DNA of 64,000 nt from an uncultured Gemmatimonadota bacterium (lineage in GTDB: Bacteria; Gemmatimonadota; Gemmatimonadetes; Palauibacterales; Palauibacteraceae), in assembly GCA_964480515.1 (NCBI GenBank), contig CAYZOT010000001.1:215288-279287 (forward strand), in the 5' to 3' direction. The first letter of the stretch is position 1. Each line of letters begins with the position of its first letter. Under the pieces are notes generated by a model, which was not told the origin of the DNA, did no database searches, and saw only the letters and a program-made list of their open reading frames with translations. The position numbers and the translations under genes are program-made. Positions 42,473 through 52,208 of the stretch are shown here, in pieces.

Positions 42473-43654
42473 TTACTGCGAGCCACTCGGCCATGGAGCG
42501 CCTTGGTTCTTTTCCGTAACTGGCCCCATCCCCATGTACGTAAACTTCTGAACTCGCTTCCCCTCGTACGTCTCTGTAGTGAAGATGTTACCCTCAGAGT
42601 CGGTCGCGATGCTGTGAACTGCGAAGAAAAGACCCGGCTGTCGTCCGCCATCCCCGAAGCTCGTGACAATCTCGAGTGATGCCCGATCCATGACATAGAC
42701 CTTCATATTCTTACCATCAGCCAGATACATAAACTTCTGCTCGGGGTCGCGTGAGAATGCGATATCCCATGTCGATCCATCGCCAAGCGTGCGGGGGGCA
42801 ATGCGAACCTCGTTCACAAATGTTCCGTCCGTTTTGAATACTTGAACTCGGTCGTTAGGACGATCGCAAACGTAGACCAATCCATCGAACGTTGGTTCCG
42901 CGCAGTGGACAGGAGTCCGGAACTGTTGAATCAACGGAGCATCCGGATCGTATGGACCCATGTTCGTGTCGTCTGGCGTATTCCCGTAGGCCCCCCAGTA
43001 CCGCTTGAATTCTCCAGTTGACGCGTCGAGTACGGCCACTCGCTTATTCCCATATCCGTCAGCCAGATATGCTTCGTTCGCTTCTGCATCAAAAGAAATC
43101 TTGGCTACCCGTCCAAAGTGTGTCGTACTATTGCTATCGATTTCCTGTCCTACTTCACCATATTGCGCCAGGAACTGCCCATCTCGCGTGAACTTGAGGA
43201 TGTGAGAGTCCGCGCCGTTTCCCCCGATCCAAACGTTATCCATGTGATCAATGGTGATCCCATGGTTGGACGAAGGCCAATCATATCCGTCACCTGGCCC
43301 ACCCCACGAATCAGCAAGGTTCCCCTCGGGATCGAACACAAGAACTGGTGGAGCCGCAACACAGCACTCTCCTGTCGGAGGATCTTGTTGTGCACCCAAC
43401 TCCGTCCGTTCATTGCCGTTACCGCGATGGATGATATACACGTAATCGCGCGAGTCGACGCCGACACCAATCGTGGACCCTAGGATCCAGTGGTTTGGAA
43501 GCGGCTTGGGCCACAGCGGGTCCACCTCAAACATAGGAGCTTCAACCCGAGTCTCGGAGACCTCCGCTACTCCGTTTAGGGCTGATTGGCCCCATCCAAG
43601 AGCAACAACAAGTCCAACCAAGACGCCCACGGTGCTTAGGGTGCGTTTACTCAT
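42473..43654 (-). CDS. Secreted NHL-repeat beta-propeller, PAL-like
   Basis: FEVDP.WPK.LP..W.LG, IHRG, NHGI, ADGYGN.R, VH, CDR.N.R.Q.F, VHS; signal peptide. Confidence 0.82.
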   Translation of the reverse strand: MSKRTLSTVGVLVGLVVALGWGQSALNGVAEVSETRVEAPMFEVDPLWPKPLPNHWILGSTIGVGVDSRDYVYIIHRGNGNERTELGAQQDPPTGECCVAAPPVLVFDPEGNLADSWGGPGDGYDWPSSNHGITIDHMDNVWIGGNGADSHILKFTRDGQFLAQYGEVGQEIDSNSTTHFGRVAKISFDAEANEAYLADGYGNKRVAVLDASTGEFKRYWGAYGNTPDDTNMGPYDPDAPLIQQFRTPVHCAEPTFDGLVYVCDRPNDRVQVFKTDGTFVNEVRIAPRTLGDGSTWDIAFSRDPEQKFMYLADGKNMKVYVMDRASLEIVTSFGDGGRQPGLFFAVHSIATDSEGNIFTTETYEGKRVQKFTYMGMGPVTEKNQGAPWPSGSQ

Positions 43655-43831
43655 AATTCTTGTATCTCCTTCCAAAACTCGAGGTGTTTCCTAACCTTCA
43701 CGCTACATACCCAGTCCGGGTTCGTCCAGACACCCGAAACAAGGTCAATGTAGCGCACACGACCTTTAATCGTTCTCATCAGCACCGTAAGAAAATAGAC
43801 TGCATGGGAAAATACGAGAAGTGCGAGACTA

Positions 43832-45277
43832 GTGGAGCGTAAGGAACTCGTGGGCAAAAACCGAAGAAAGCAAGCTGTTATAAAGGGAGCTGTGCCTATA
43901 AGCATCGCGGGCATACTGTTCATTTCTTCCTCAGTTTTAGCCACAACATTCGACTCGCCCAGGTCAGAGAAGTATGAGGCAGGGTCGAGAAACGTTCTCC
44001 ACGAAATCCCATCAGATGTAACCATCCAGACATTTGTGAAGCCCGAAGGGGGGCGACTTCGCTTTCTAGTCAGAGTCCCTCTTGAGGCTATGCGAGATAT
44101 AGAGTTTCCCCAGCGTGGGCCAGGATATCTGGATCTGACAGCTGTGGATTCTTACCTGCATGATGCTACCCAGCTTTGGATCGCCGACTACGTCGCCTTC
44201 TTCGAAGAAGATCGTCGCCTAGCAAAACCAAGAATCATCAAAACGCGCATCTCATTACCATCAGACAAGTCCTTCGCGACATACGAAGCAGCCTTAGCTC
44301 ACGTTTTAGGCCCAACCTTAGGGCCAGATGTCGAAATACCCTGGCAGCAGGCGATCCTCGACGTGCTGCTCGAATACGACATCGAATCGGACCAGTCTCG
44401 CTTCTCAATCAATCCGGGGTTTGCTCACCTTGGGTTGAGAACTGTGACAGTTCTCCGGCTCTTGCCGCCTGGACGATCTGAACGGGCGTTCCAATACACG
44501 GGTGATCCGGGACTCGTCAGACTTGATCCGAGATGGCACCAAGCTACGCTTGCGTTTATTCGGCTCGGTTTCACCCATATCCTAGATGGGATCGATCACC
44601 TTCTTTTTCTTTTCTGCCTAGTCATCCCCTTCCGGCGACTTCGCGGCCTCATTCCAGTTGTCACGTCATTCACTGTTGCTCATTCGATCACATTAATCGC
44701 CTCTGCATTTGGGATCGCTCCCAGAGCGCTCTGGTTCCCTCCCCTGATCGAGACACTGATTGCGCTTTCAATCGTGTACATGGCACTGGAAAACATCGTA
44801 GGCGCGCGACCTCGGAAGCGCTGGCTTCTTGCATTCGGATTCGGCCTCATCCATGGGTTCGGTTTCTCGTTTGCGTTAAGCGAATCACTTCAGTTCGCTG
44901 GCTCGCACCTCCTGACTTCTCTGTTTTCTTTCAATATCGGCGTGGAGTTGGGACAAATTTTCGTGGTCATGATCACTGTGCCTGTGGTGGAGTTCATCTT
45001 CCGTAAAGTGGTCGCTGAACGGATCGGAACGATCCTACTATCGGCTCTACTCGCTCATACTGGATGGCATTGGATGACTGACCGAGGGTCACAGTTACTG
45101 CAATACGAATTCCAGTGGCCTGCCGTCGACCTAGCACTACTCGCGAACCTAATGCGGTGGCTAATGCTGGCCGTGATCATCGGAGGGAGCGCATGGCTCC
45201 TCAGTCATCCTTTCAGACGGATGTTGCATGCCGAAGAAGAAGAGAAGTCTGTAACAAAGAGTGTCGATCGGACTTGA
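43832..45277 (+). CDS. HupE/UreJ family metal transporter with periplasmic N-terminal domain
   Basis: G..HIL.G.DHLLF, FT.AHS.TL, E..IA.SI, FG..HG.GF, FN.GVE.GQ. Confidence 0.9.
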   Translation: MERKELVGKNRRKQAVIKGAVPISIAGILFISSSVLATTFDSPRSEKYEAGSRNVLHEIPSDVTIQTFVKPEGGRLRFLVRVPLEAMRDIEFPQRGPGYLDLTAVDSYLHDATQLWIADYVAFFEEDRRLAKPRIIKTRISLPSDKSFATYEAALAHVLGPTLGPDVEIPWQQAILDVLLEYDIESDQSRFSINPGFAHLGLRTVTVLRLLPPGRSERAFQYTGDPGLVRLDPRWHQATLAFIRLGFTHILDGIDHLLFLFCLVIPFRRLRGLIPVVTSFTVAHSITLIASAFGIAPRALWFPPLIETLIALSIVYMALENIVGARPRKRWLLAFGFGLIHGFGFSFALSESLQFAGSHLLTSLFSFNIGVELGQIFVVMITVPVVEFIFRKVVAERIGTILLSALLAHTGWHWMTDRGSQLLQYEFQWPAVDLALLANLMRWLMLAVIIGGSAWLLSHPFRRMLHAEEEEKSVTKSVDRT

Positions 45278-45411
45278 TCAATTCCGGGCAAGACCTCTGT
45301 CGCAGAATGGATCCGTCTCGCTAGCTTTCCCTATAGATTCATTTTAACCAGGGGTGGGGTTGGGCAGTGTCAATGCTGACGTATGCTAAGAAACCAGGAC
45401 AGGAGTAACAC

Positions 45412-46098
45412 ATGATTCGGGCAATCTCGCTTTCTATGATCCTGCTAGTTTTCCTCACCCAAGGGGCATCGGGGCAGGACGAGAACATGAGCTTCTTCAT
45501 AACAAGTGCTAATCCGGGAAGTGGTGCGGATCTTGGAGGCCTCGCAGGCGCCGACACCTATTGTGAAACGCTCGCCGACGCTGCAGGGGTTGGTGATTTG
45601 ACATGGCGCGCCTATTTGAGCACGACAGGCCCTGGGAGCGTCAACGCTCGCGATCGAATCGGCAATGGACCATGGCACAATTTCGAGGGGACATTGGTAG
45701 CAAGAGACGTAGAGCATCTCCATAGCAACGGCCCAAATCTCACCAAGGGTACCATACTTACCGAGATGGGTGACGAGGTGAATGGTCGTGGCGATCAACC
45801 CAACATGCATGACATCCTCACCGGAGCACTGATGAATGGTAACGCGTCGAGCTCGAGTGATGACACGACATGCAGCAATTGGACATCCAGCGATGAGGGG
45901 AGCGCACTCGTTGGGCACCATGACCGACAAGGGGGTGGGCAGAACCCAAGCTCATTCAATTCTGCCCATGGTTCGCGAGGGTGCAGCTTAGAAGCTTTGA
46001 GAGGGACCGGAGGAGATGGACGATTCTACTGTTTTGCGACAGATGGACCGGGTGGCCTCGTCCAACTCCGAGCGGTAAAGGAATACGTATCACCTTGA
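45412..46098 (+). CDS. Secreted endostatin / C-type-lectin-like (DUF1554-like) protein
   Basis: Signal peptide; LGGL.GAD..C..LA..AG, W.AYLS, HDILTG, C.NWTS, FYCF. Confidence 0.72.
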   Translation: MIRAISLSMILLVFLTQGASGQDENMSFFITSANPGSGADLGGLAGADTYCETLADAAGVGDLTWRAYLSTTGPGSVNARDRIGNGPWHNFEGTLVARDVEHLHSNGPNLTKGTILTEMGDEVNGRGDQPNMHDILTGALMNGNASSSSDDTTCSNWTSSDEGSALVGHHDRQGGGQNPSSFNSAHGSRGCSLEALRGTGGDGRFYCFATDGPGGLVQLRAVKEYVSP

Positions 46099-46134
46099 CC
46101 GAACGCTAGTAACGACACCGCTACCAACTGGCCT

Positions 46135-46169
46135 AAAACGGCCCCAGCCTAGTTGGCTGGGGGCGTTTT
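46135..46169 (+). terminator. Intrinsic terminator (possibly bidirectional)
   Basis: AAAACG-GCCCCAGCC-TAGTT-GGCTGGGG-GCGTTTT: GC-rich stem flanked by A and T runs, 37 nt after the stop at 46098. Confidence 0.7.
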
Positions 46170-46258
46170 CTATACTTCAGAAGCGGTGCCCAACGAGCGA
46201 ATGTCAGTCTAAATTCATATAAAACACCGTACACCTATGCCCCACCGGAGGGAGAGTC

Positions 46259-47284
46259 GTGATGATCAATACACGTCCATTTCGTCTTGGCGTTTTCGCA
46301 TGGGCCACCTTGCTCTTTGCAGGCCCCAATATCATCGAGGCACAAAATTACGCCCCGAACCCATATACGGTTGTCGATGGGTGGGCGAAGATGGAGACTG
46401 GCCGTGCGTGGGGAGCCACTAGCGCCGTCTACCCTGACATTGATGGTCAGCACATCTGGGTGGGAGAACGGTGTGAGGCAAACAGCTGTGTCGGCCGCGA
46501 TGACCTAGACTCCGTCCTCCTATTCGATCCTGACGGCAACCTGGTACGGAGCTTTGGGGCGGGAATGATCGTGTGGCCTCACGGCATTCATGTCGATTTC
46601 GATGGCAACGTGTGGATTGCCGATGCGAGGGGAGAGGGTGACAAGGGACACCAGGTTCACAAGTTCAGTCCCGAAGGCGAACTACTTATGAGCCTCGGAA
46701 CAGCTGGCGTAGCGGGTGACGGATCAAACGAATTCAACAGCCCTTCGGACGTCCTCGTGGCACCGAATGGTGACATCTTTGTCGTCGATGGGCACGGATC
46801 CGGTGGCAACAATCGCGTGGTAAAGTTCCATAGCGATGGAACCTTCATGAAGACATGGGGCCAAACTGGTGGAGAAGATGGAGAGTTTCGTGACCCTCAC
46901 GCGCTCGCCATGGACTCTCAGGGAAGATTGTTTGTAGGCGATCGTGGTAACTCCCGCCTCCAGATTTTCACTCAAGACGGTGAGCACATCGCTACTTGGA
47001 CACAGTTTGGACGACCTAGTGGTCTTTTCATAGACGTCCATGACATCCTCTATTCGGCCGATTCTGAATCCAACGCTACCTGGGGGAGAAATACTGGTTG
47101 GAAACGGGGAATCCGAGTCGGAAGCGCTATCGATGGATTTATAACTGCCTTCATCCCAGACCCCGAACCAGATCCAGATAACGCTGGTACAACTGCAGCC
47201 GAAGGCGTCGCTGTCGACGCACAAGGGAACGTATACGGAGCTGAGGTAGGTCCACGCCAACTACGTAAATACGTCCGACGATAG
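46259..47284 (+). CDS. Secreted NHL-repeat beta-propeller, PAL-like variant
   Basis: Signal peptide; ERC..NSC, WPHG, F..P.DV, DGH, F..PH.LA.D..GRLFV.DR.N.R.Q.F, AEGVAVD. Confidence 0.85.
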   Translation: MMINTRPFRLGVFAWATLLFAGPNIIEAQNYAPNPYTVVDGWAKMETGRAWGATSAVYPDIDGQHIWVGERCEANSCVGRDDLDSVLLFDPDGNLVRSFGAGMIVWPHGIHVDFDGNVWIADARGEGDKGHQVHKFSPEGELLMSLGTAGVAGDGSNEFNSPSDVLVAPNGDIFVVDGHGSGGNNRVVKFHSDGTFMKTWGQTGGEDGEFRDPHALAMDSQGRLFVGDRGNSRLQIFTQDGEHIATWTQFGRPSGLFIDVHDILYSADSESNATWGRNTGWKRGIRVGSAIDGFITAFIPDPEPDPDNAGTTAAEGVAVDAQGNVYGAEVGPRQLRKYVRR

Positions 47285-47375
47285 GCTTCTCAACTCGGCC
47301 GTCCGCACATCGTGTGAACCTGAGACCGCGAAGATCAAGGCGAGCTGACTTCGGATCAGTTGCACACCAAGCCCT

Positions 47376-48920
47376 ATGACACAATCGATCATGCGCGATG
47401 TTATCGTGATCGGCGGAGGACCCGGTGGAACTGCCGTCGCGACCTTGCTCACATCGCAAGGTCACGACGTGGCACTCCTAACACGCCCGACTCCCACGGT
47501 GGCGTGGCTCGCTGAATCGATTCCCGCGTCGGCCCGTAAACTCCTGATACAGGTGGGAGCGCTAGAGGCCGTGGAAGCGGCGCGATTCATCCCTAACGAG
47601 GGGAATATGGTCTGGTGGGCGGGAGGTCCAGAACGATTGGAACAATTTCCGCGAGGTCAAAGTGGTTTTCATGTGGACCGTGGTGGACTTGAAGGCGCTC
47701 TCCTAGACCTAGCTAATAAAGTTGGAACATTCGTTTGTTCCGACGCACCGGTTCGGAGTGTCACGAAAGAACCCGAGGGGTGGCACGTGGAGGCCGGCAC
47801 ATCAACTCATCGTGCACGGTGGGTACTGGACGCATCCGGTCGGAGTGGGGTAGTCGCCCGCCACGATATGCGGATCCGCGAACGTGATACAACTACGCTT
47901 GCCCTCGTAGGACAATGGGAGGATACGGCTCCGGATGCCGAAGACCCCTCATTGACTCTCGTGGAAAGCTATAAAGACGGTTGGGCCTGGTCTGTTCCCA
48001 CTTCTGAGACTACTCGATGCGTAACGGTCATGGTTGACCCGCGCCGGACTGAGATGCGTCGGGAGCTAGGGCTTGACGGGATGTTACGGTCTGAACTCGC
48101 AAAGGCTCATCAACTTTCTGACCGACTAAGTAGAGGTCGGGTGATTGGGTCAACACGCGCGTGTGCAGCATCGGTATACGGAGCGAGCAAGTTCGGGCAA
48201 CCTGGCTTACTACTCGTAGGCGATGCAGGATCTGCCATCGATCCTCTCTCGTCGTACGGCGTAAAAAAAGCGCTATCGTCAGCGTGGTTAGCCGCTGTGG
48301 TTGTGCATACGGCGCTCAGTGATGAAACGATGGCAAACACGGCAATCGATTTCTTCGATGCGCGCGAGAAGGAGGTATACGAAACATACCGTGCGCGTTC
48401 AGTTCCGTTTCTGGAAGAGGCCCTGGACGCTCACGGACACGCATTCTGGGAAGCGCGTGTCATAGCAGCACGAGCGGCAAGCGGAACCGAATCCAAACAC
48501 GTGCACGATGGGACCATCGACGACCCCTATGATCGTGCGAACGCCGAGCGAGAGGCAGAGAAGTTCGTGGGAGATCCAGTGGTCCGCACCGTTTACGAGG
48601 AAATTCGCACGCGGCCTAATATCGCCTTGCAGCCGGGTCCAACTCTCGGGATCACAACCAAACCTGCTGTAGTTGGCAACCAGATCGCCCTGGAACCACA
48701 CCTCACGTCAAAGACATTACCTCAGGGCACGCGTTTCATACGTAACGTAGATTTGCGCCGTCTCGTCGAATTGGCACCCCACCAAACCCAGGTGCCGGAC
48801 TTCTTCTCCGCATATAACGCAGCAGGCACTCCTGCGGATCTGGCCGACTTTTTGGCTGCACTTGCAGCAACTGTCGGGGCCGGATTTCTCAAGCTAGATG
48901 AGGCACCAAATGAAAACTGA
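47376..48920 (+). CDS. qhpG: FAD-dependent monooxygenase for CTQ biogenesis (QhpG)
   Basis: GGGPGG Rossmann motif, DASGR, GWAW..P, GDA...DPLS..G; C-terminal extension; directly upstream of qhpA. Confidence 0.85.
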   Translation: MTQSIMRDVIVIGGGPGGTAVATLLTSQGHDVALLTRPTPTVAWLAESIPASARKLLIQVGALEAVEAARFIPNEGNMVWWAGGPERLEQFPRGQSGFHVDRGGLEGALLDLANKVGTFVCSDAPVRSVTKEPEGWHVEAGTSTHRARWVLDASGRSGVVARHDMRIRERDTTTLALVGQWEDTAPDAEDPSLTLVESYKDGWAWSVPTSETTRCVTVMVDPRRTEMRRELGLDGMLRSELAKAHQLSDRLSRGRVIGSTRACAASVYGASKFGQPGLLLVGDAGSAIDPLSSYGVKKALSSAWLAAVVVHTALSDETMANTAIDFFDAREKEVYETYRARSVPFLEEALDAHGHAFWEARVIAARAASGTESKHVHDGTIDDPYDRANAEREAEKFVGDPVVRTVYEEIRTRPNIALQPGPTLGITTKPAVVGNQIALEPHLTSKTLPQGTRFIRNVDLRRLVELAPHQTQVPDFFSAYNAAGTPADLADFLAALAATVGAGFLKLDEAPNEN

Positions 48921-48986
48921 TGCCTCCAAAGACTGGCGCTCAGGCGAACGCGTTCGCACCATAAGTCGATCAAGAATGGAGAATCG

Positions 48987-50732
48987 ATGACACAACGTGT
49001 CCGCTTTGCTAGCCTAGCCATCGTTTCGGCTCTTGGCATCACTGTGCTCGCGGCTTCACGACTGGAACCACCGGTTCCGGGCATGACCTTCGCGAATGAA
49101 CACGGCCCTTCATCCTTTGGAGTAGAGGATGAAGGGTATCCGATCGACAATGAGACGGTCATCGCCCAGTGCGAACGGTGTCATGAACAAGACGAACAGG
49201 GACGGATGAGCCGAATATCCTTTGAGCGGAAAACGCCCGAAGGTTGGCAAACCTCGATCCGACGTATGGTCGCCCTCAATAACGTGCGGTTGGAGCCTGA
49301 AGAAGCCCGCGAAGTCGTGCGCTATCTATCCAACCGACAAGGTTTAGCGCCTGAAGAGCTAGAACCTGGGCGATTCGAGGTCGAACGACGCATCGATGAT
49401 TATGACTATGAGGGTGATGATGACGTCGAATTTACGTGCATACAGTGCCATAGCATGGGGCGTGTGATCACCCAGCGAAGGACTCGAGAAGAATGGGCGC
49501 TCCTGCTCGCCACCCACCGTGGCTTGTATCCACTGGCCGACCGCCAAGGTTTTCTTAGTCGTGATCGAGGTGACGACGATGACAGCCGACAGCCTATGGA
49601 TATTGCTATCGATCACCTATCAGAGGCGTTCCCACTCGAAACTCCGGAATGGTCTTCTTGGTCAGCATCGATGCGGCCACCACGTCTCGCTGGCACATGG
49701 GCCCTAGCAGGCTTCGAATCAGGAAAAGGACGTGTATTCGGTACACTCGAGATTGTAGCGGGCAACACCCCAGATGAGTTCACCACCTCATCTGAATATA
49801 CATATGCGGAATCCGGCGAGTCTATTCGTAGTACGGGACAAGCAGTCATCTACACGGGTTATCAATGGAGAGGCCGATCGAATCGCGGCGACGATGGTGA
49901 ACTCCGCGAGGTAATGATGGTCGATCGTGAGTGGCAGGACATGGACGGGCGCTGGTTCACAGGAGCGTACGACGAGTTCGGTATCGATGTGGAACTGAGA
50001 CGCACGAGAGGCGAAGCAGTTTTGACAGGAGTCCACCCACGTGCTTTGCGGGCAGGGGCCGGAGCAACGGAGGTCCGGCTCTATGGCGCAAATCTTCCGA
50101 CCGACGCGAGTCCGACCGCCTTCGATTTCGGACCAGGCGTCAGGGTCGAGTCAGTGACTGCAGCAAACCCTAGCATGATCGCACTTCGCGCATACGTAGA
50201 AGATACTGCCATGATCGGTGGACGTGACCTTTTTCTCGCAGGTGCAAACCTGACCGACGCAGTGCGAATTCACGACGGCGTCGACCGCATTGAGGTCTCA
50301 CCTGACTGGGGCATGGCCCGTGTGGGGGGATCGACAAACTTTCCTAAAGGCTATCAGGCTTTTGACGCGATCGGATGGGACAACGGACCAGACGGGCAAG
50401 CGAATACCCTGGATGACCTTGACCTCGGACGCATCACCGCCACTTGGAGTATGGAAGAGTATACGGCCACTTTCGACGATGATGACATTGCCTATGTCGG
50501 CGAATTAGGACCCGATGGAATCTTCACACCGGCTGAAGACGGTCCTAACTTGAATCGGAAGGGGAGCCAAAATAATGTGGGCGATGTCTGGATTGTGGCC
50601 ACGCACGCAGGACCGGAAGCCATGGCCAATAACCCACTTCAAGCACGCGCGCACCTCATTGTAACTGTTCCGCTATACCTTAAGTTTGATCCATGGCAAA
50701 GCGGATTAATGCCTGGAAGACTAGTACCGTGA
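48987..50732 (+). CDS. qhpA: Quinohemoprotein amine dehydrogenase alpha subunit (diheme cytochrome c)
   Basis: Signal peptide; CERCH and CIQCH heme motifs; SRIS..RKTPEGW...I.RM; YTGY.WR; F.P...GPN..R....NN.G; LIVTV. Confidence 0.95.
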   Translation: MTQRVRFASLAIVSALGITVLAASRLEPPVPGMTFANEHGPSSFGVEDEGYPIDNETVIAQCERCHEQDEQGRMSRISFERKTPEGWQTSIRRMVALNNVRLEPEEAREVVRYLSNRQGLAPEELEPGRFEVERRIDDYDYEGDDDVEFTCIQCHSMGRVITQRRTREEWALLLATHRGLYPLADRQGFLSRDRGDDDDSRQPMDIAIDHLSEAFPLETPEWSSWSASMRPPRLAGTWALAGFESGKGRVFGTLEIVAGNTPDEFTTSSEYTYAESGESIRSTGQAVIYTGYQWRGRSNRGDDGELREVMMVDREWQDMDGRWFTGAYDEFGIDVELRRTRGEAVLTGVHPRALRAGAGATEVRLYGANLPTDASPTAFDFGPGVRVESVTAANPSMIALRAYVEDTAMIGGRDLFLAGANLTDAVRIHDGVDRIEVSPDWGMARVGGSTNFPKGYQAFDAIGWDNGPDGQANTLDDLDLGRITATWSMEEYTATFDDDDIAYVGELGPDGIFTPAEDGPNLNRKGSQNNVGDVWIVATHAGPEAMANNPLQARAHLIVTVPLYLKFDPWQSGLMPGRLVP

Positions 50733-52156
50733 CCCAACTCGCACTTCGTGAATTCCACGTCTTCGATGCGGCAGGCGGGCGTTTTCTGTACCTGGTCCCA
50801 TCAGCGGGGATCTTCCAGATCGACGAGCCTTCGAGTGCGATCGTGGATTTACTGGACCGCGGACCATGCGCCCCGGAGAAGATCGTTCACGACCTGTCTG
50901 AACAGTATCCCGAGGACCGGTTACGGAACGGCTTACTCGAACTACAACAGATCCGAGCAATCGGCGAAGCAGGAGCCCCTCAGGAGCAGGTTGTTAACGA
51001 CCTGCCCCCGGATGGTTTCCCGCTAACGACGATGGTCCTCAATGTGACCAACAAGTGTAACCTCGCATGCACGTACTGTTACGAGTATGGCGAGGACAAG
51101 ATCGTCGACACCACCTGCAGTGATCAACCCAAGTTTATGGCCGACGATACGGCACAAGAGGGTGTCGAACTCCTGCTTAAGGAGTCAGGTCCACTCGAAG
51201 TTGCACACCTCACTTTCTTTGGTGGCGAGACTCTCCTGAATTTCCCAGTCCTCCAGGATACGGTTGCCTACGGGCGACAACGCGCTGAAGAGTTGGGGAA
51301 GAAGATCGAGTTCAGCCTCACGACAAATGCAACACTGCTGCGGCCAGATATCATCGAATGGCTGGCTGAAAATGAGATTGGGGTTACGGTATCGATTGAT
51401 GGACCCAAGGAAATGCAGGACCGAATGCGAGTGTTCCATAGCGGCAAGGGGTCCTACGAGACGGTCCAACCAAAGATCAAGGAACTCTTGAAACGGCATA
51501 AAACCCGGCCTATTGGAGCCCGGGTCACCCTCACGAGAGAAAATCTCGATATCCACAGAATATATGAACATTTAACGGGTGAAATGGGGTTCTGGGAGGT
51601 CGGTTTCGCACCCGTCACCACAGCTTCCGGACGAGACTACGAAATTGAGGATGAGGGATATGAGCGCATGCTACAGCAATTCGATGAATTGGCACACGAC
51701 TGGCTGGAGCATGCGGTTCAAAACAAGCACCATGGGTTTTCTAACGTCAGGGACACGTTAGAGGAAATTCATAAAGGTGTGAGCAAAGCTTATCCGTGTG
51801 GCGCTGGGCTTGGGCTCATGGGCGTTTCAACGGGTGGAGATGTAGCACTTTGCCACCGTTTCGCTGCATCGGATGATCACAATTTCGGGACTACGAAAGA
51901 CGGGATCGATCGTGATCGTCAGCGACAATTCCTCGAAGACCACCACGTGAAGCATAAGACGGACTGTCATACTTGTTGGGCCAGACCGATATGTGCTGGT
52001 GGATGCTATCATGAGGCACATACCCGGTTCGGGGAGACGACTGCACCCAACCTCCACTTTTGTAACTGGGTGCGAACTTGGACACACACGTGCTTAGAAG
52101 TGTACGGAGAACTATCGGCACGGAATCCAGACTATCTTACACGTTTCGACCATTGA
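50729..52156 (+). CDS. qhpD: Radical SAM/SPASM thioether-forming maturase (QhpD/PeaB)
   Basis: CNLACTYC; FFGGETL; SPASM PCGAG..CHRF..CHTCWAR..CAGGCYHE..C; N-terminal RRE-like region; GTG overlapping the qhpA TGA. Confidence 0.95.
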   Translation: MTQLALREFHVFDAAGGRFLYLVPSAGIFQIDEPSSAIVDLLDRGPCAPEKIVHDLSEQYPEDRLRNGLLELQQIRAIGEAGAPQEQVVNDLPPDGFPLTTMVLNVTNKCNLACTYCYEYGEDKIVDTTCSDQPKFMADDTAQEGVELLLKESGPLEVAHLTFFGGETLLNFPVLQDTVAYGRQRAEELGKKIEFSLTTNATLLRPDIIEWLAENEIGVTVSIDGPKEMQDRMRVFHSGKGSYETVQPKIKELLKRHKTRPIGARVTLTRENLDIHRIYEHLTGEMGFWEVGFAPVTTASGRDYEIEDEGYERMLQQFDELAHDWLEHAVQNKHHGFSNVRDTLEEIHKGVSKAYPCGAGLGLMGVSTGGDVALCHRFAASDDHNFGTTKDGIDRDRQRQFLEDHHVKHKTDCHTCWARPICAGGCYHEAHTRFGETTAPNLHFCNWVRTWTHTCLEVYGELSARNPDYLTRFDH

Positions 52157-52208
52157 CGATGGTATCGGGCAAGTTTCGGAAGATTTTCAATAGTGAGGGA
52201 GAAAAGCC

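Noticed and set aside
47376-48920. Tryptophan halogenase annotation
   Set aside because: It shares the fold and a W-x-W-x-x-P motif, but its position directly before qhpA and the need for CTQ formation point to QhpG.
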